Shown here piece by piece: positions 15,391 to 23,825 of a stretch of DNA of 26,832 nt. A program made the position numbers and the translations under genes. Numbering within the stretch: position 1 is the stretch's first letter; each line of letters begins with the position of its first letter. Source of the stretch: a virus (Duplodnaviria; Caudoviricetes); the IMG/VR virus record IMGVR_UViG_3300037541_000969, positions 1 through 26,832 of that record. One strand, given 5' to 3'. Under the pieces are notes generated by a model. The model had not been told where the DNA came from. It saw nothing but the letters and a program-made list of their open reading frames with translations, and made no database searches.

Positions 15391-16898
15391 TGCAATATCC
15401 TGAGAAAGAGAGCGCCGTCGTCGGCTACATTAGCGTCGCTGGCTTCGCCGGCGTGCCGAGGTCGGCGATTGTTGACCCCGATAGTTTTGTCTCGGTGCTG
15501 AATGGCGTTTACTACGCGGCGGCGCACCGGCTGCACTATGCCAAGAAGGCGACGACGGGCACGACGATCCTCGAGGCGATTGAGAGGGATCCGTTTTTGC
15601 TGAAGGTGGCAGAGCGGACAGCGCAGGAGTCGGGGATGGTGTGCTGGCGGGATGGCTTGGTCATGGCGGACAGCTCGCTGGCTTACAACCCGGCGGGTGG
15701 CGCGGTCGTGTCGGAATACCTGGCTGACATCGCCTCGGCGGCCGCGCAGCGCAAGGCGACCAAGATCGGTCAGCGGTTGGCCTCTGGGGATATGCCTGTG
15801 GCGGAGGCGCTGGAGGAGCTCAAGACACTGGCAAAGCCTCGGGCGTCGATGGTGGGCGTGGAGATGCACACTTTTGAGGAGCTGTGGAGTTACAAGGCGG
15901 AGGATGATTCGAGCACGCTGGTGGGGAACCGCTGGCTGTGCCGTGGCGGGCAGCTCCTGCTGCTGGGGCAGTCGGGCATTGGCAAATCCTCTTACACTCT
16001 CCAGCAGGCGATGACCTGGGCGCTGGGGATGCCGTTTTTTGGGATGAAGCCCAAGCAGAAGCTCAAGTGCTTAATCGTGCAGGCGGAAAATGATATGGGG
16101 GATATGGCCGAGGTTGTCCAAGGCGTGATGTCGTATGTGGTGGCGCAGAGCAAGATGACGCAGCGCGATGCGGTGGATATCCTGCGGGAAAATGTGATCG
16201 TGGCTCGGGTGACGGCTCAGACGGGCGAGGCATTCTGCGAGGTGATCCGGGAGCTGATTGCAAAGCACGGGCCGTTCGATTTGGTGTATGGGGATCCGTT
16301 GCTGTCATTCATCGGCGACGATATTTCCCAGCAGGCGGTGGCCTCGCACTTTCTGCGCGAGCTGTGCAACCCGTTGGCGTTCGAGCATGGCTTCGCATGG
16401 GTGTGGAGTCACCACACCGGCAAGCCGCAATCGGACAGCAAGAGCCGGGCGCACTGGAATGCGAATGACTATGCCTACATCGGGCTGGGATCGAGTGAGC
16501 TAACGAACTGGGCTCGGGCGATCTGTGTGCTCCAGACCACGAAACACGAAGGAATCTTCAAGGTTCTCCTAGCGAAGCGGGGCAATCGTGCCGCCGTAGT
16601 CGATAACCACGGCCACCCGACCACAGACATCGTGATCAAGCATGCCGACAAGGGATTGCATTGGGAACCGGCAGAACTCCCCGAGGAGACCCAAGAAGAG
16701 GGCAAGTCGCAGGGCAAGTCCGGCAGGCCGTCCGCACTCAACGAGGTGCAAGAATTTGAGATCGTGACCATGCACGCCAATTGGCCAGACAACACTCGAG
16801 GTTTTTATTCTGCCGCCATGAGCAAATACAAGGTCTCTCACGACACCATCAAGCGGGTCCTAGACAAAAACACTCACCCTCAAAAAATAGCCGCCTGA
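15390..16898 (+). CDS. SF4 (RepA/AAA_25-type) replicative helicase with DnaB-like N-terminus and C-terminal HTH-like tail, 502 aa
   Basis: Walker A GQSGIGKSS, VQAEND, Walker B LVYGDPL, SHHTGK and GSSELTNWAR. Confidence 0.82.
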   Translation: MQYPEKESAVVGYISVAGFAGVPRSAIVDPDSFVSVLNGVYYAAAHRLHYAKKATTGTTILEAIERDPFLLKVAERTAQESGMVCWRDGLVMADSSLAYNPAGGAVVSEYLADIASAAAQRKATKIGQRLASGDMPVAEALEELKTLAKPRASMVGVEMHTFEELWSYKAEDDSSTLVGNRWLCRGGQLLLLGQSGIGKSSYTLQQAMTWALGMPFFGMKPKQKLKCLIVQAENDMGDMAEVVQGVMSYVVAQSKMTQRDAVDILRENVIVARVTAQTGEAFCEVIRELIAKHGPFDLVYGDPLLSFIGDDISQQAVASHFLRELCNPLAFEHGFAWVWSHHTGKPQSDSKSRAHWNANDYAYIGLGSSELTNWARAICVLQTTKHEGIFKVLLAKRGNRAAVVDNHGHPTTDIVIKHADKGLHWEPAELPEETQEEGKSQGKSGRPSALNEVQEFEIVTMHANWPDNTRGFYSAAMSKYKVSHDTIKRVLDKNTHPQKIAA

Positions 16899-16912
16899 CT
16901 ATGTTTTTACTG

Positions 16913-17088
16913 CCTCCGCAAAACCTCCGCAAAACCTCCGCAATACTCCAATTCTGCGGAGCATGGATGACCTCCGCAAAATTACCTCCGCAAAATCCCC
17001 CTAAGAAGGGGGGATTGTTTTGCGGAGGAGTAATTTTTCGGAGGGGTCATTTCCAACCATCAAAATCCGCAAAATAGATTATGCGGAG
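16913..17088. repeat. CCTCCGCAAAA iteron array with a long imperfect inverted repeat; putative replication origin
   Basis: Direct copies at 16913, 16924, 16935 (partial), 16971, 16985 and 17066 (partial). Inverted copies near 16952, 17018, 17034 and 17080. Non-coding and directly after the helicase. Confidence 0.75.
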
Positions 17089-17095
17089 CAATAAT

Positions 17096-17350
17096 ATGAA
17101 CCACCCCAAAAAACCCATCGACCCATACATCGGGTGCCAAGCCTGCGGGAAGGAATGGCAAGACCACCCAGGCATCTCCCACACCTGCCAAATGGCCTCG
17201 GACCTCGCCGACTATCTCCGCTGGGCACTCAACCACATCGAGCCGCCCGAATACAACCGCGATATCGGGGAGCAGGAGGTCTACTTCCACTCCCTCGAGG
17301 AAGCCCGGCGCCTCGTCGTCGAGGCCAGTAACTGGAAGGCTCGCTTATGA
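17096..17350 (+). CDS. Hypothetical protein with CxxC...H...C motif
   Basis: CQACGKEWQDHPGISHTC; ATGA overlap with the next gene. The start could be 17081 or 17096. Confidence 0.6.
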   Translation: MNHPKKPIDPYIGCQACGKEWQDHPGISHTCQMASDLADYLRWALNHIEPPEYNRDIGEQEVYFHSLEEARRLVVEASNWKARL

Positions 17351-18135
17351 AACCCAAACGCCCAGCCAAACCCGAGACAAAGCACAGCATCGCCACCAAG
17401 CTGGCTGCTGAATTCCATGTCAGCGTCCAGACCGCCACCCAGTGGTTCGACGCCGGTTGCCCCATGGATTACGAGGAGGCCAAGGAATGGAAGCTCCAGA
17501 GGCGCGCACAGGCCGCGATTAAGTCCGAGATGGGGTCTAAGCCTAATAAGCTCGAGAAAGCCCTAGAACAGGCCGCAGCGTGCGAAGAAACGGTCAACTG
17601 GGATGCCATGTCAACCCAGTTTCGCCAGATGTGCGACATCGTCGCCGACTTCTACCTCATGGGCATGACGGTCTCCGCCATCAACACCAAGCTGGGCGTC
17701 AAGCCCGCGGTGATCTCTCGCATCATCGCTAACCACCCCGATACCAAAGACAAGGAATCCCAAGTCGCCGCTTCAAGCTGGAAAGATGTCCGACGCCTGG
17801 CAGTCGATGCCCTCCGCGACAAGCTCAACGACCCCACCCAAGTCAGCAAGATGAAAGCCGCCGAGCTCAACTTCGTAGCCGGAACCGCTCAAGACAAGAT
17901 CCGCGACTCCGAAGGTGGCGCACAGCTCACCATCAACATCAACCAGAAGATCAATGCGTTGTCGTTCGAGGAACTCATCAACAGCATCCCGAAGAAGGCC
18001 GATGACATCGATGGTGAGTATGAGATCGAGACCCCCTCGGGAACCAGTAGCGAGGTGGAGAAGCCCTTGGCAAACACCCCGCTCAGTCTCAATAACAAGG
18101 CTAAAAACGAGGAGGATAATGGATCGAATGAGTAA
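17347..18135 (+). CDS. Candidate terminase small subunit / HTH DNA-binding protein, 262 aa
   Basis: N-terminal HTH (LAAEFHVSVQTATQWFDAGCP), a second HTH-like segment, a helical core, a LTININ strand and an acidic tail. Upstream of TerL. Confidence 0.55.
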   Translation: MKPKRPAKPETKHSIATKLAAEFHVSVQTATQWFDAGCPMDYEEAKEWKLQRRAQAAIKSEMGSKPNKLEKALEQAAACEETVNWDAMSTQFRQMCDIVADFYLMGMTVSAINTKLGVKPAVISRIIANHPDTKDKESQVAASSWKDVRRLAVDALRDKLNDPTQVSKMKAAELNFVAGTAQDKIRDSEGGAQLTININQKINALSFEELINSIPKKADDIDGEYEIETPSGTSSEVEKPLANTPLSLNNKAKNEEDNGSNE

Positions 18136-18270
18136 GTCATTGAACATCAACAACCGCCCAGTATCTACAAGAGTGGTTATTGGAAGTTATGGCCTCGACA
18201 GGGGGGGGAGGGGGGTCGGTCCGCTGGCTCCGCAAAATTACCCCCACTCGTCCAGCCCCCGAAAAATTTT

Positions 18271-18549
18271 ATGAAAAAAGCCCAACCTAACAAGCAAGAA
18301 ACGAAGCAAGATCAACCCCCTACCCCGCCCGAGTGGCCGAGGATGGGAAAGACCGCGCCAGGGAGACAGCCGCAGAATCCGAGGATTTTGCGGGTCGTCC
18401 TCGAGGAAGAGGTCGTCAATGTGCAGGTCCGCAGCAATTCCTTCTACCGGGCGAACGAGCCGGTCTTGGTGGGAGTGGACGCCGGCGGAGCGTTGGTGGC
18501 TGTGAAGCCGAAAACGAACCCGCTGCTGCACGGGGGGTATGAGGTATGA
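18271..18549 (+). CDS. Hypothetical protein, 92 aa
   Basis: ATG after an AT-rich tract; ATGA overlap with the next gene. Confidence 0.6.
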   Translation: MKKAQPNKQETKQDQPPTPPEWPRMGKTAPGRQPQNPRILRVVLEEEVVNVQVRSNSFYRANEPVLVGVDAGGALVAVKPKTNPLLHGGYEV

Positions 18550-18725
18550 GTGCGGAAAAGCACAGCCAGATGCTGGGGCAGATCGCGTGTCTGGTTGAGG
18601 AATTCTGCACCGATGAAGAGACCACGCTCCAAGGCGTGGCGCATCTCTTGGCAAGGTATCATGACCTGCGAGCCAAGCAGGCGTGGGACTTCGTAGATCA
18701 ACTCAAAGAGGAGGCCACCCAATGA
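18546..18725 (+). CDS. Hypothetical protein, 59 aa (not in the ORF track)
   Basis: MSAEKHSQMLGQIACLVEEFCTDEETTLQGVAHLLARYHDLRAKQAWDFVDQLKEEATQ; ATGA-coupled at both ends. Confidence 0.6.
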   Translation: MSAEKHSQMLGQIACLVEEFCTDEETTLQGVAHLLARYHDLRAKQAWDFVDQLKEEATQ

Positions 18726-18973
18726 CCTGCCCGACCTGCCAATCCCCCACCCGCGTCGTCTATTGCCGCTCGGTCGGCGAGGAGTTTTTCCGGCGCCGCC
18801 GGTGCGAGAACGGCCATCGCTCTAATACCGCCGAGGTCTTGCACCTCGGCCCCTTCCCCTGGGCGAAGAAACCCGCTCCCAAACCCACCAAGCGCCCCAA
18901 ACCCGCCCCCAAGGCCAAGCCCGAGTCCACCGATTGGCTCACCCGCATCAACGACAAGCTCGCCACCCTATGA
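18722..18973 (+). CDS. NrdR-N-like zinc-ribbon protein, 83 aa
   Basis: MTCPTCQSPTRVVYCR...RRRRCENGHRSNTAE; GAGGAGG upstream. Confidence 0.72.
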   Translation: MTCPTCQSPTRVVYCRSVGEEFFRRRRCENGHRSNTAEVLHLGPFPWAKKPAPKPTKRPKPAPKAKPESTDWLTRINDKLATL

Positions 18974-20580
18974 CATTCACGCAAACCGCCCACCCGCTGC
19001 TTCCATTTATCCCGCCCGAGCTTTTCGTTTCCGACTTCGAGTCGGCGAAGACCCTCTTGGCCGAGAGGGAACGCCGCATTGGGTTGGAAAAAGAGGATCC
19101 GATCCGCTACGGCTACGAGCCCGAGCACTGGACCAAGGCCGAAAAAATCGCCAAACGCTACCGCGACCTCTTGGTGCTCGGCGGCAACCGCTCCGGCAAG
19201 TCCACTTGGGCGGGAAAAATGGTCGTGCGCACCCTGCTGGAGAAACCCGCAAGCCGCGTGTGGTGCTTCCAGACCACAAACGACAACTCCATCTCCATGC
19301 AGCAGCCCATCGTGTGGAATTTCATGCCCGCCGAGCTGCGAACGGCCAAGCGCAGCAAGATCACCAACATTTCCTACACGCAAAAAAACGGATTTTCCGA
19401 AAATACCGCCGTCCTTCCGAACAAATCGCAGGTCTGGTTCCGCAATTACGCCCAGGACATCACCACCATCGAAGGCGGCGAGATCGATCTCGCCTGGTGC
19501 GACGAATTGGTGCCCCTCGACTGGCTCGAGACCATCCGATTCCGCTTGTTGGACCGAAATGGCATCCTCCTCGTCACCTTTACCCCCATCGAAGGCTACT
19601 CGCCCACGGTAAAAAACTATCTCCAGGGCGCAAAGACGCTCGAGGAGTGCGATGCCGAGCTTTTGCCGCGAAAAAGCGGCAAGGGATTTGAAAAAGTCCC
19701 TGTCGTGCAGGAATGCACCACCCGGCACGCCGGCATCATTTACTTCCAGACAAAAAACAACCCATGGGCAGGCTACGGCCGCATGAAGACCGAGCTCGCC
19801 AAGCAACCCCGCGAAAAAATCCTCTGCCGCGCCTACGGCGTCCCCGTCAAGGCCGCCGCCACACGCTTTCCCCGCTTCCGAGAGTCGGTGCATGTCGTCA
19901 AAGCCGACCAGATTCCCCAGGAAGGCACGAACTACCTCTTCTGCGACCCGGCGGGCGGGAAAAACTGGTTCATGCTCTGGATCCGAGTGGACGCCGCCGA
20001 GCGAGCGTGGGTCTACCGCGAGTGGCCGCAGACCGACACCTACATCGAAGGCGTCGGCTACGCCGGACCGTGGGCGATCAGCAGCGGCAAGAAAGCCGAC
20101 GGCGAAGCCGGTGAGGGGCAGAAATCCTTCGGCTTCGGTCTGCTCGCCTACAAGGCCGAAATCGAGCGCATGGAAGCCCACGACAAGGTCAAGATTTTTG
20201 AGAGATGGATAGACTCAAGGTATGCGAACACCACCGTCGCCGGCACCCGCGAGCAATCCACCACCCTCCTCGAGGAACTCGAAGATGTCGGCATGTCCTT
20301 CCGATCCTGCCCAGGCGAGAACATCGAGGAAGGCGTCGGCCTCATCAACAACGCATTGTTTTATGACGAAGAAAACCCAATCGACCACACCAACGCGCCT
20401 CGGCTCTATATCTCCGAGTTCTGCACCAACACCATCTGGGCCCTCAAGGAGTGGACCGGATCCGACGGCCAGAAAGGCGCCAGCAAAGACCCCATCGACT
20501 GCCTCCGCTACCTCCTCACTTCTGGAGTCGGCAATGTGGAAGGAGGTCGGCTCCATGTTACCGGAGGAGGTGCCTATTAA
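18970..20580 (+). CDS. terL: Terminase large subunit
   Basis: Walker A GGNRSGKS, Walker B AWCDE, coupling motif TFTP, nuclease CDPAG and C-terminal KDPIDCLRY. Confidence 0.92.
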   Translation: MTFTQTAHPLLPFIPPELFVSDFESAKTLLAERERRIGLEKEDPIRYGYEPEHWTKAEKIAKRYRDLLVLGGNRSGKSTWAGKMVVRTLLEKPASRVWCFQTTNDNSISMQQPIVWNFMPAELRTAKRSKITNISYTQKNGFSENTAVLPNKSQVWFRNYAQDITTIEGGEIDLAWCDELVPLDWLETIRFRLLDRNGILLVTFTPIEGYSPTVKNYLQGAKTLEECDAELLPRKSGKGFEKVPVVQECTTRHAGIIYFQTKNNPWAGYGRMKTELAKQPREKILCRAYGVPVKAAATRFPRFRESVHVVKADQIPQEGTNYLFCDPAGGKNWFMLWIRVDAAERAWVYREWPQTDTYIEGVGYAGPWAISSGKKADGEAGEGQKSFGFGLLAYKAEIERMEAHDKVKIFERWIDSRYANTTVAGTREQSTTLLEELEDVGMSFRSCPGENIEEGVGLINNALFYDEENPIDHTNAPRLYISEFCTNTIWALKEWTGSDGQKGASKDPIDCLRYLLTSGVGNVEGGRLHVTGGGAY

Positions 20581-20746
20581 ACGCCGCACCCTGCGCAAGC
20601 GCGATGTCATGGACCTCCTCGGCATTTCGGAGCGCACCTACAAGACCTACCTCGAAGTCGGCCTCCTGCACCCGATCCCCGCGCCCAGGCAGAAACGCCA
20701 CACCTTCTCTCTCGCAGCCATCATCAAAAAATTCCAACTCGCCTGA
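20570..20746 (+). CDS. Small Xis/AlpA-like HTH protein, 58 aa
   Basis: GTG 20570 after GGAGG; LRKRDVMDLLGISERTYKTYLEVGLLHP is a winged-HTH pattern. Confidence 0.7.
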   Translation: MPIKRRTLRKRDVMDLLGISERTYKTYLEVGLLHPIPAPRQKRHTFSLAAIIKKFQLA

Positions 20747-20750
20747 CCTT

Positions 20751-21035
20751 ATGTTCAACCTAAAAAAACCCACCACCCGCTACATCCTCCCAGACCACCT
20801 TGACGAAGACGACATGACGACCGCGCTCTGCATGCCCGGCAGCAAACCACTCGTCGTGCAGGCCGTCCTGCAAGTCCTCCGCGACCATATCGATGACGCC
20901 ACCGAATTGGTCGGCAGCATCAAGGTCGCCACCGAGCACGGCCAGCTCGCCCACTGCGCCGGCGCCCTCGACGCCCTGCGCGGCCTTGAGTCCGACCTCC
21001 TCCAGCGCATCGACGAAGCCAGCAAGAAGATGTGA
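20751..21035 (+). CDS. Hypothetical head-region protein, 94 aa
   Basis: ATG 20751; helical protein ending AHCAGALDALRGLESDLLQR; codon bias matches neighbouring genes. Confidence 0.65.
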   Translation: MFNLKKPTTRYILPDHLDEDDMTTALCMPGSKPLVVQAVLQVLRDHIDDATELVGSIKVATEHGQLAHCAGALDALRGLESDLLQRIDEASKKM

Positions 21036-21138
21036 AAAATACTTTTCCGGCGGTCACTGAGGGCATGCCGTTTCGCCGTTCCCAAGGGGTAAGCGAGGCG
21101 ACCATGAGCGACCTGAGCCGTCGGACCTTTTTCAGCCC

Positions 21139-21176
21139 AGCGAACCGTCAAGTAATCCTTGGCGGTTCGCTTTTTT
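21139..21176 (+). terminator. Rho-independent terminator
   Basis: AGCGAACCGTCAAG-TAATC-CTTGGCGGTTCGCT stem (one G-U pair) followed by a T run. Confidence 0.85.
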
Positions 21177-21319
21177 CTGCCGTTATAGGTCGGTCGATGC
21201 CTGTTTCTGCCGCTCTGGGTGCGGCTCTATAGATTTCCAGAATTCTGTCGTCATTCTGAATTTCAACGAGCCCCTGTGCCGCTCGCCCCAGAAGGCACTG
21301 ACCCACTTGGTTGGAAACC

Positions 21320-22342
21320 ATGACGCCAGACACAAACGACACCCCAATGACGCTCACCGACATTGCAGCCGAAATCGGCTTCGATCTCGAGGAGATAACC
21401 CCGCAGGAACAACCCGCCGCCGAGGAGACCGAAGCCGCGCCAGAAGCGCAGCCAGAGGCCACCGAGACGGAGGACGCCTCAGCGGAAACTGATCTTTCAC
21501 AGGATACCGACGAAAAGTCTGAAGACGACAGCGACGCCGAGTCCGAAGAGGACAAAGACGACGCCGAGCCCGAAGAGGAAAAGAACCCCGTCCCCGAGAA
21601 GCTCCTCAAGCGCATCGACAAAATCACGGCCAAGCGCCGCGAGGCTGAAGAACGCGCCGAGACCCTCGAGAGCGAGGTCAGCGAGCTGCGAGCCAAACTC
21701 GACGCCACCGTTCCCATCCAGATCACGCCCACCGCGAGCGACCCGCTCGCCGATGTGGAAACGCCCGAGCAACTCGAAGACCGGGTTGCCACCGCGAAAA
21801 AAATCCGCGCTTGGGCCATCAAAAATTTGGAGGGCGGCACCGTCCAGAATGCCGCCGGCGAGGATGTCTACTACGAGCCCTCCCAGGTTCGTGAATACCT
21901 CGCCACCGCCGACGAGCTCCTCACCGAGCACGCCCCCAAGCGCAAAGAATGGATCTCGCAGCGCGGTGCCGTCATGCACGAAGCCAAGGCCGTCTACCCG
22001 GCCCTCTTCAAGTCCGGCACCCCCGAGCACGAAAGCCTCGTAGCCACGCTCAAAGCCCATCCCTACCTCAAAGGTCTCCCTCAACTCGAGATGATCGTAG
22101 GCGACGCCATCGAGGGCCAGAAGCTCCGCTTCGCCCGAGCCGAGGCCATGGCCAAAAAGTCCGCAGCGTCCAAGACCGAGTCGAAATCCCCCGTGAAAGC
22201 CAGCAACCCGCCCAGCCCTGCAAAAGGTGCCCGAGTGCCCGCCCAAACCATAGCGACCCGCGAAGGAGCAAAAAACCTGTTCTCTCGAGGATCCGCTTTG
22301 AAGACCGACGACATCGCCGCGTTCCTCGAAGGAGCGCTCTAA
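21320..22342 (+). CDS. Capsid scaffolding protein
   Basis: Very acidic N-terminus, KRIDKITAKRREAEE coiled coil and P-rich basic C-terminus; directly upstream of the capsid gene. Confidence 0.78.
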   Translation: MTPDTNDTPMTLTDIAAEIGFDLEEITPQEQPAAEETEAAPEAQPEATETEDASAETDLSQDTDEKSEDDSDAESEEDKDDAEPEEEKNPVPEKLLKRIDKITAKRREAEERAETLESEVSELRAKLDATVPIQITPTASDPLADVETPEQLEDRVATAKKIRAWAIKNLEGGTVQNAAGEDVYYEPSQVREYLATADELLTEHAPKRKEWISQRGAVMHEAKAVYPALFKSGTPEHESLVATLKAHPYLKGLPQLEMIVGDAIEGQKLRFARAEAMAKKSAASKTESKSPVKASNPPSPAKGARVPAQTIATREGAKNLFSRGSALKTDDIAAFLEGAL

Positions 22343-22377
22343 CCCCCCAAATCCAAACCAACACCCCCCTTAACACA

Positions 22378-23397
22378 ATGGCCGCTACACTCATCACCTC
22401 CCAAACTGGCATCCGCCAGGACCTCTCCGACCTCATCGCGGTCGTAGACGCTAAAACCTGCCCCGTCATCTCGATGGCGAAAAAAGGCGCAGAGCCCATC
22501 AACCCCCTCACACAATGGCAAGCCGACGCATTCAATGCGGCAACGGTTCCCGCCGGCGTCCTCTCGAACACCGATGTTTCCTCATCTGATTTCGTGGACA
22601 ACGCCGCAAACCGCGTGCTCCTCTCGGCCCGCATCCAGAAGTTCCGCGAAGTCCCATCCGTGGACGACCTCGCGCAGCATGTCTCCGAAGTTGCCGGCAT
22701 CGGCAAGAAAAAGGAGATGGCCCGCGCCGTCAGCAAATCCCTCGAGCAAATGAAGCGCTCGATGGAAGCCGCATTCTGCTCCGACCAAGAAGGCGTCGAG
22801 CAATCCGGCGCGACCCCTTACAAGACCCGCGGTCTTGGCAAGTGGATCCAGAACGGCGCTCAGTCCGACCTCCCCGTCAACTCGGCCTACCGCACACCGA
22901 CCGCGTCGATCAACACGACCGCCACAGCCTCGCTCACCGAGAACAACATCCAGGATATGTTGCAGTCCCTCTACGAGCAGACCGGCAAAGCACAGACCTA
23001 CAGCCTCGTCTGCGGGCCTGCCCTCAAGCGCCAATTCACCTCGTTCACACGCACCCAGTTCGCTTCGACGAATGTCGCCAGCGCCATCCGCGTGTTGAAT
23101 CAAAAAGACAGCTCCAAAATCGTCAGCTCTGTTGACATTTTCGAGGGCGACTTCGGCACACTCGAGCTCATCCCATCGCTCTTCCTGGCGAAGGACGCGA
23201 CCGTCAACCCAGCCGCCGTGCAGAACGGCCGTGGCTATGTCCTCGATATGGACATGGTCGAGCTCCGCTACAACCGCAAGCCCCGTTTCCAAGAGTTGGA
23301 AGACCGTGGCGGTGGACCACGCGGCATCGTGGACGCGATCTGCGCCCTCTGCGTCAAGAGCCCTCTGGCTCTCGGCAAGTTCGCACCGACTGCCTAA
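22378..23397 (+). CDS. Major capsid protein (DUF5309/SU10-like), 339 aa
   Basis: ATG 22378; RQDLSDLIAVVDAKTCPVISM, QWQAD, MKRSMEAAF and FEGDFGTLELIPSLF are characteristic of this HK97-fold family. Confidence 0.85.
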   Translation: MAATLITSQTGIRQDLSDLIAVVDAKTCPVISMAKKGAEPINPLTQWQADAFNAATVPAGVLSNTDVSSSDFVDNAANRVLLSARIQKFREVPSVDDLAQHVSEVAGIGKKKEMARAVSKSLEQMKRSMEAAFCSDQEGVEQSGATPYKTRGLGKWIQNGAQSDLPVNSAYRTPTASINTTATASLTENNIQDMLQSLYEQTGKAQTYSLVCGPALKRQFTSFTRTQFASTNVASAIRVLNQKDSSKIVSSVDIFEGDFGTLELIPSLFLAKDATVNPAAVQNGRGYVLDMDMVELRYNRKPRFQELEDRGGGPRGIVDAICALCVKSPLALGKFAPTA

Positions 23398-23492
23398 TAC
23401 CGCCTCCCCCGCATAGGCCCATCGGAGGGGCGCTCACACCCTCCAGATAAACCCCGAGCGCCCCTCCCAATGCGGGACACTTTCCAAAAAAA

Positions 23493-23825
23493 ATGTCCGA
23501 CCTCGCAGTAGAACTCGAAGCCGATCTTGGTGACCTTGCTCCTCTGGTCACCGAGGAACTCCGCACCGGCTGGCACGCCTCCATGGTGAATGCCGAGATG
23601 CGGCAACAACGCATCAAAGCCGCCGGCGACCGCATCGCCGCAGCCCGCAGCACGGTCGAAGGAATCGGCCAGCACACCATGAGCGTCGATTTTGATTCCT
23701 ACATCTACTGGAACAACCTCCTGCCCGGTTGTTGGAAGGACAAAGGATTCCGCGAGGAATTCAAAAAAGCCAACCCCCACACCGTCGTCACCACCACCGC
23801 CAAGCCGACCATCGTCGTCCAATGA
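23493..23825 (+). CDS. Hypothetical virion-associated protein, 110 aa
   Basis: Lies between capsid and portal genes; ATGA overlap with the portal. Confidence 0.65.
   Translation: MSDLAVELEADLGDLAPLVTEELRTGWHASMVNAEMRQQRIKAAGDRIAAARSTVEGIGQHTMSVDFDSYIYWNNLLPGCWKDKGFREEFKKANPHTVVTTTAKPTIVVQ

Noticed and set aside
16913-17088. CRISPR array (a Cas4-like gene is nearby)
   Set aside because: Repeats are 11 nt, abutting or inverted, with no regular unique spacers. The nuclease sits in a standard Sak4/SSB recombination module.
21046-21125. Twister or hammerhead ribozyme (GTTCCCAAG and CTGAGGG resemble core pieces)
   Set aside because: The element order and the conserved residues do not fit: no CAAGC loop or UAA cleavage context, and no CUGAnGA/GAAA pair.
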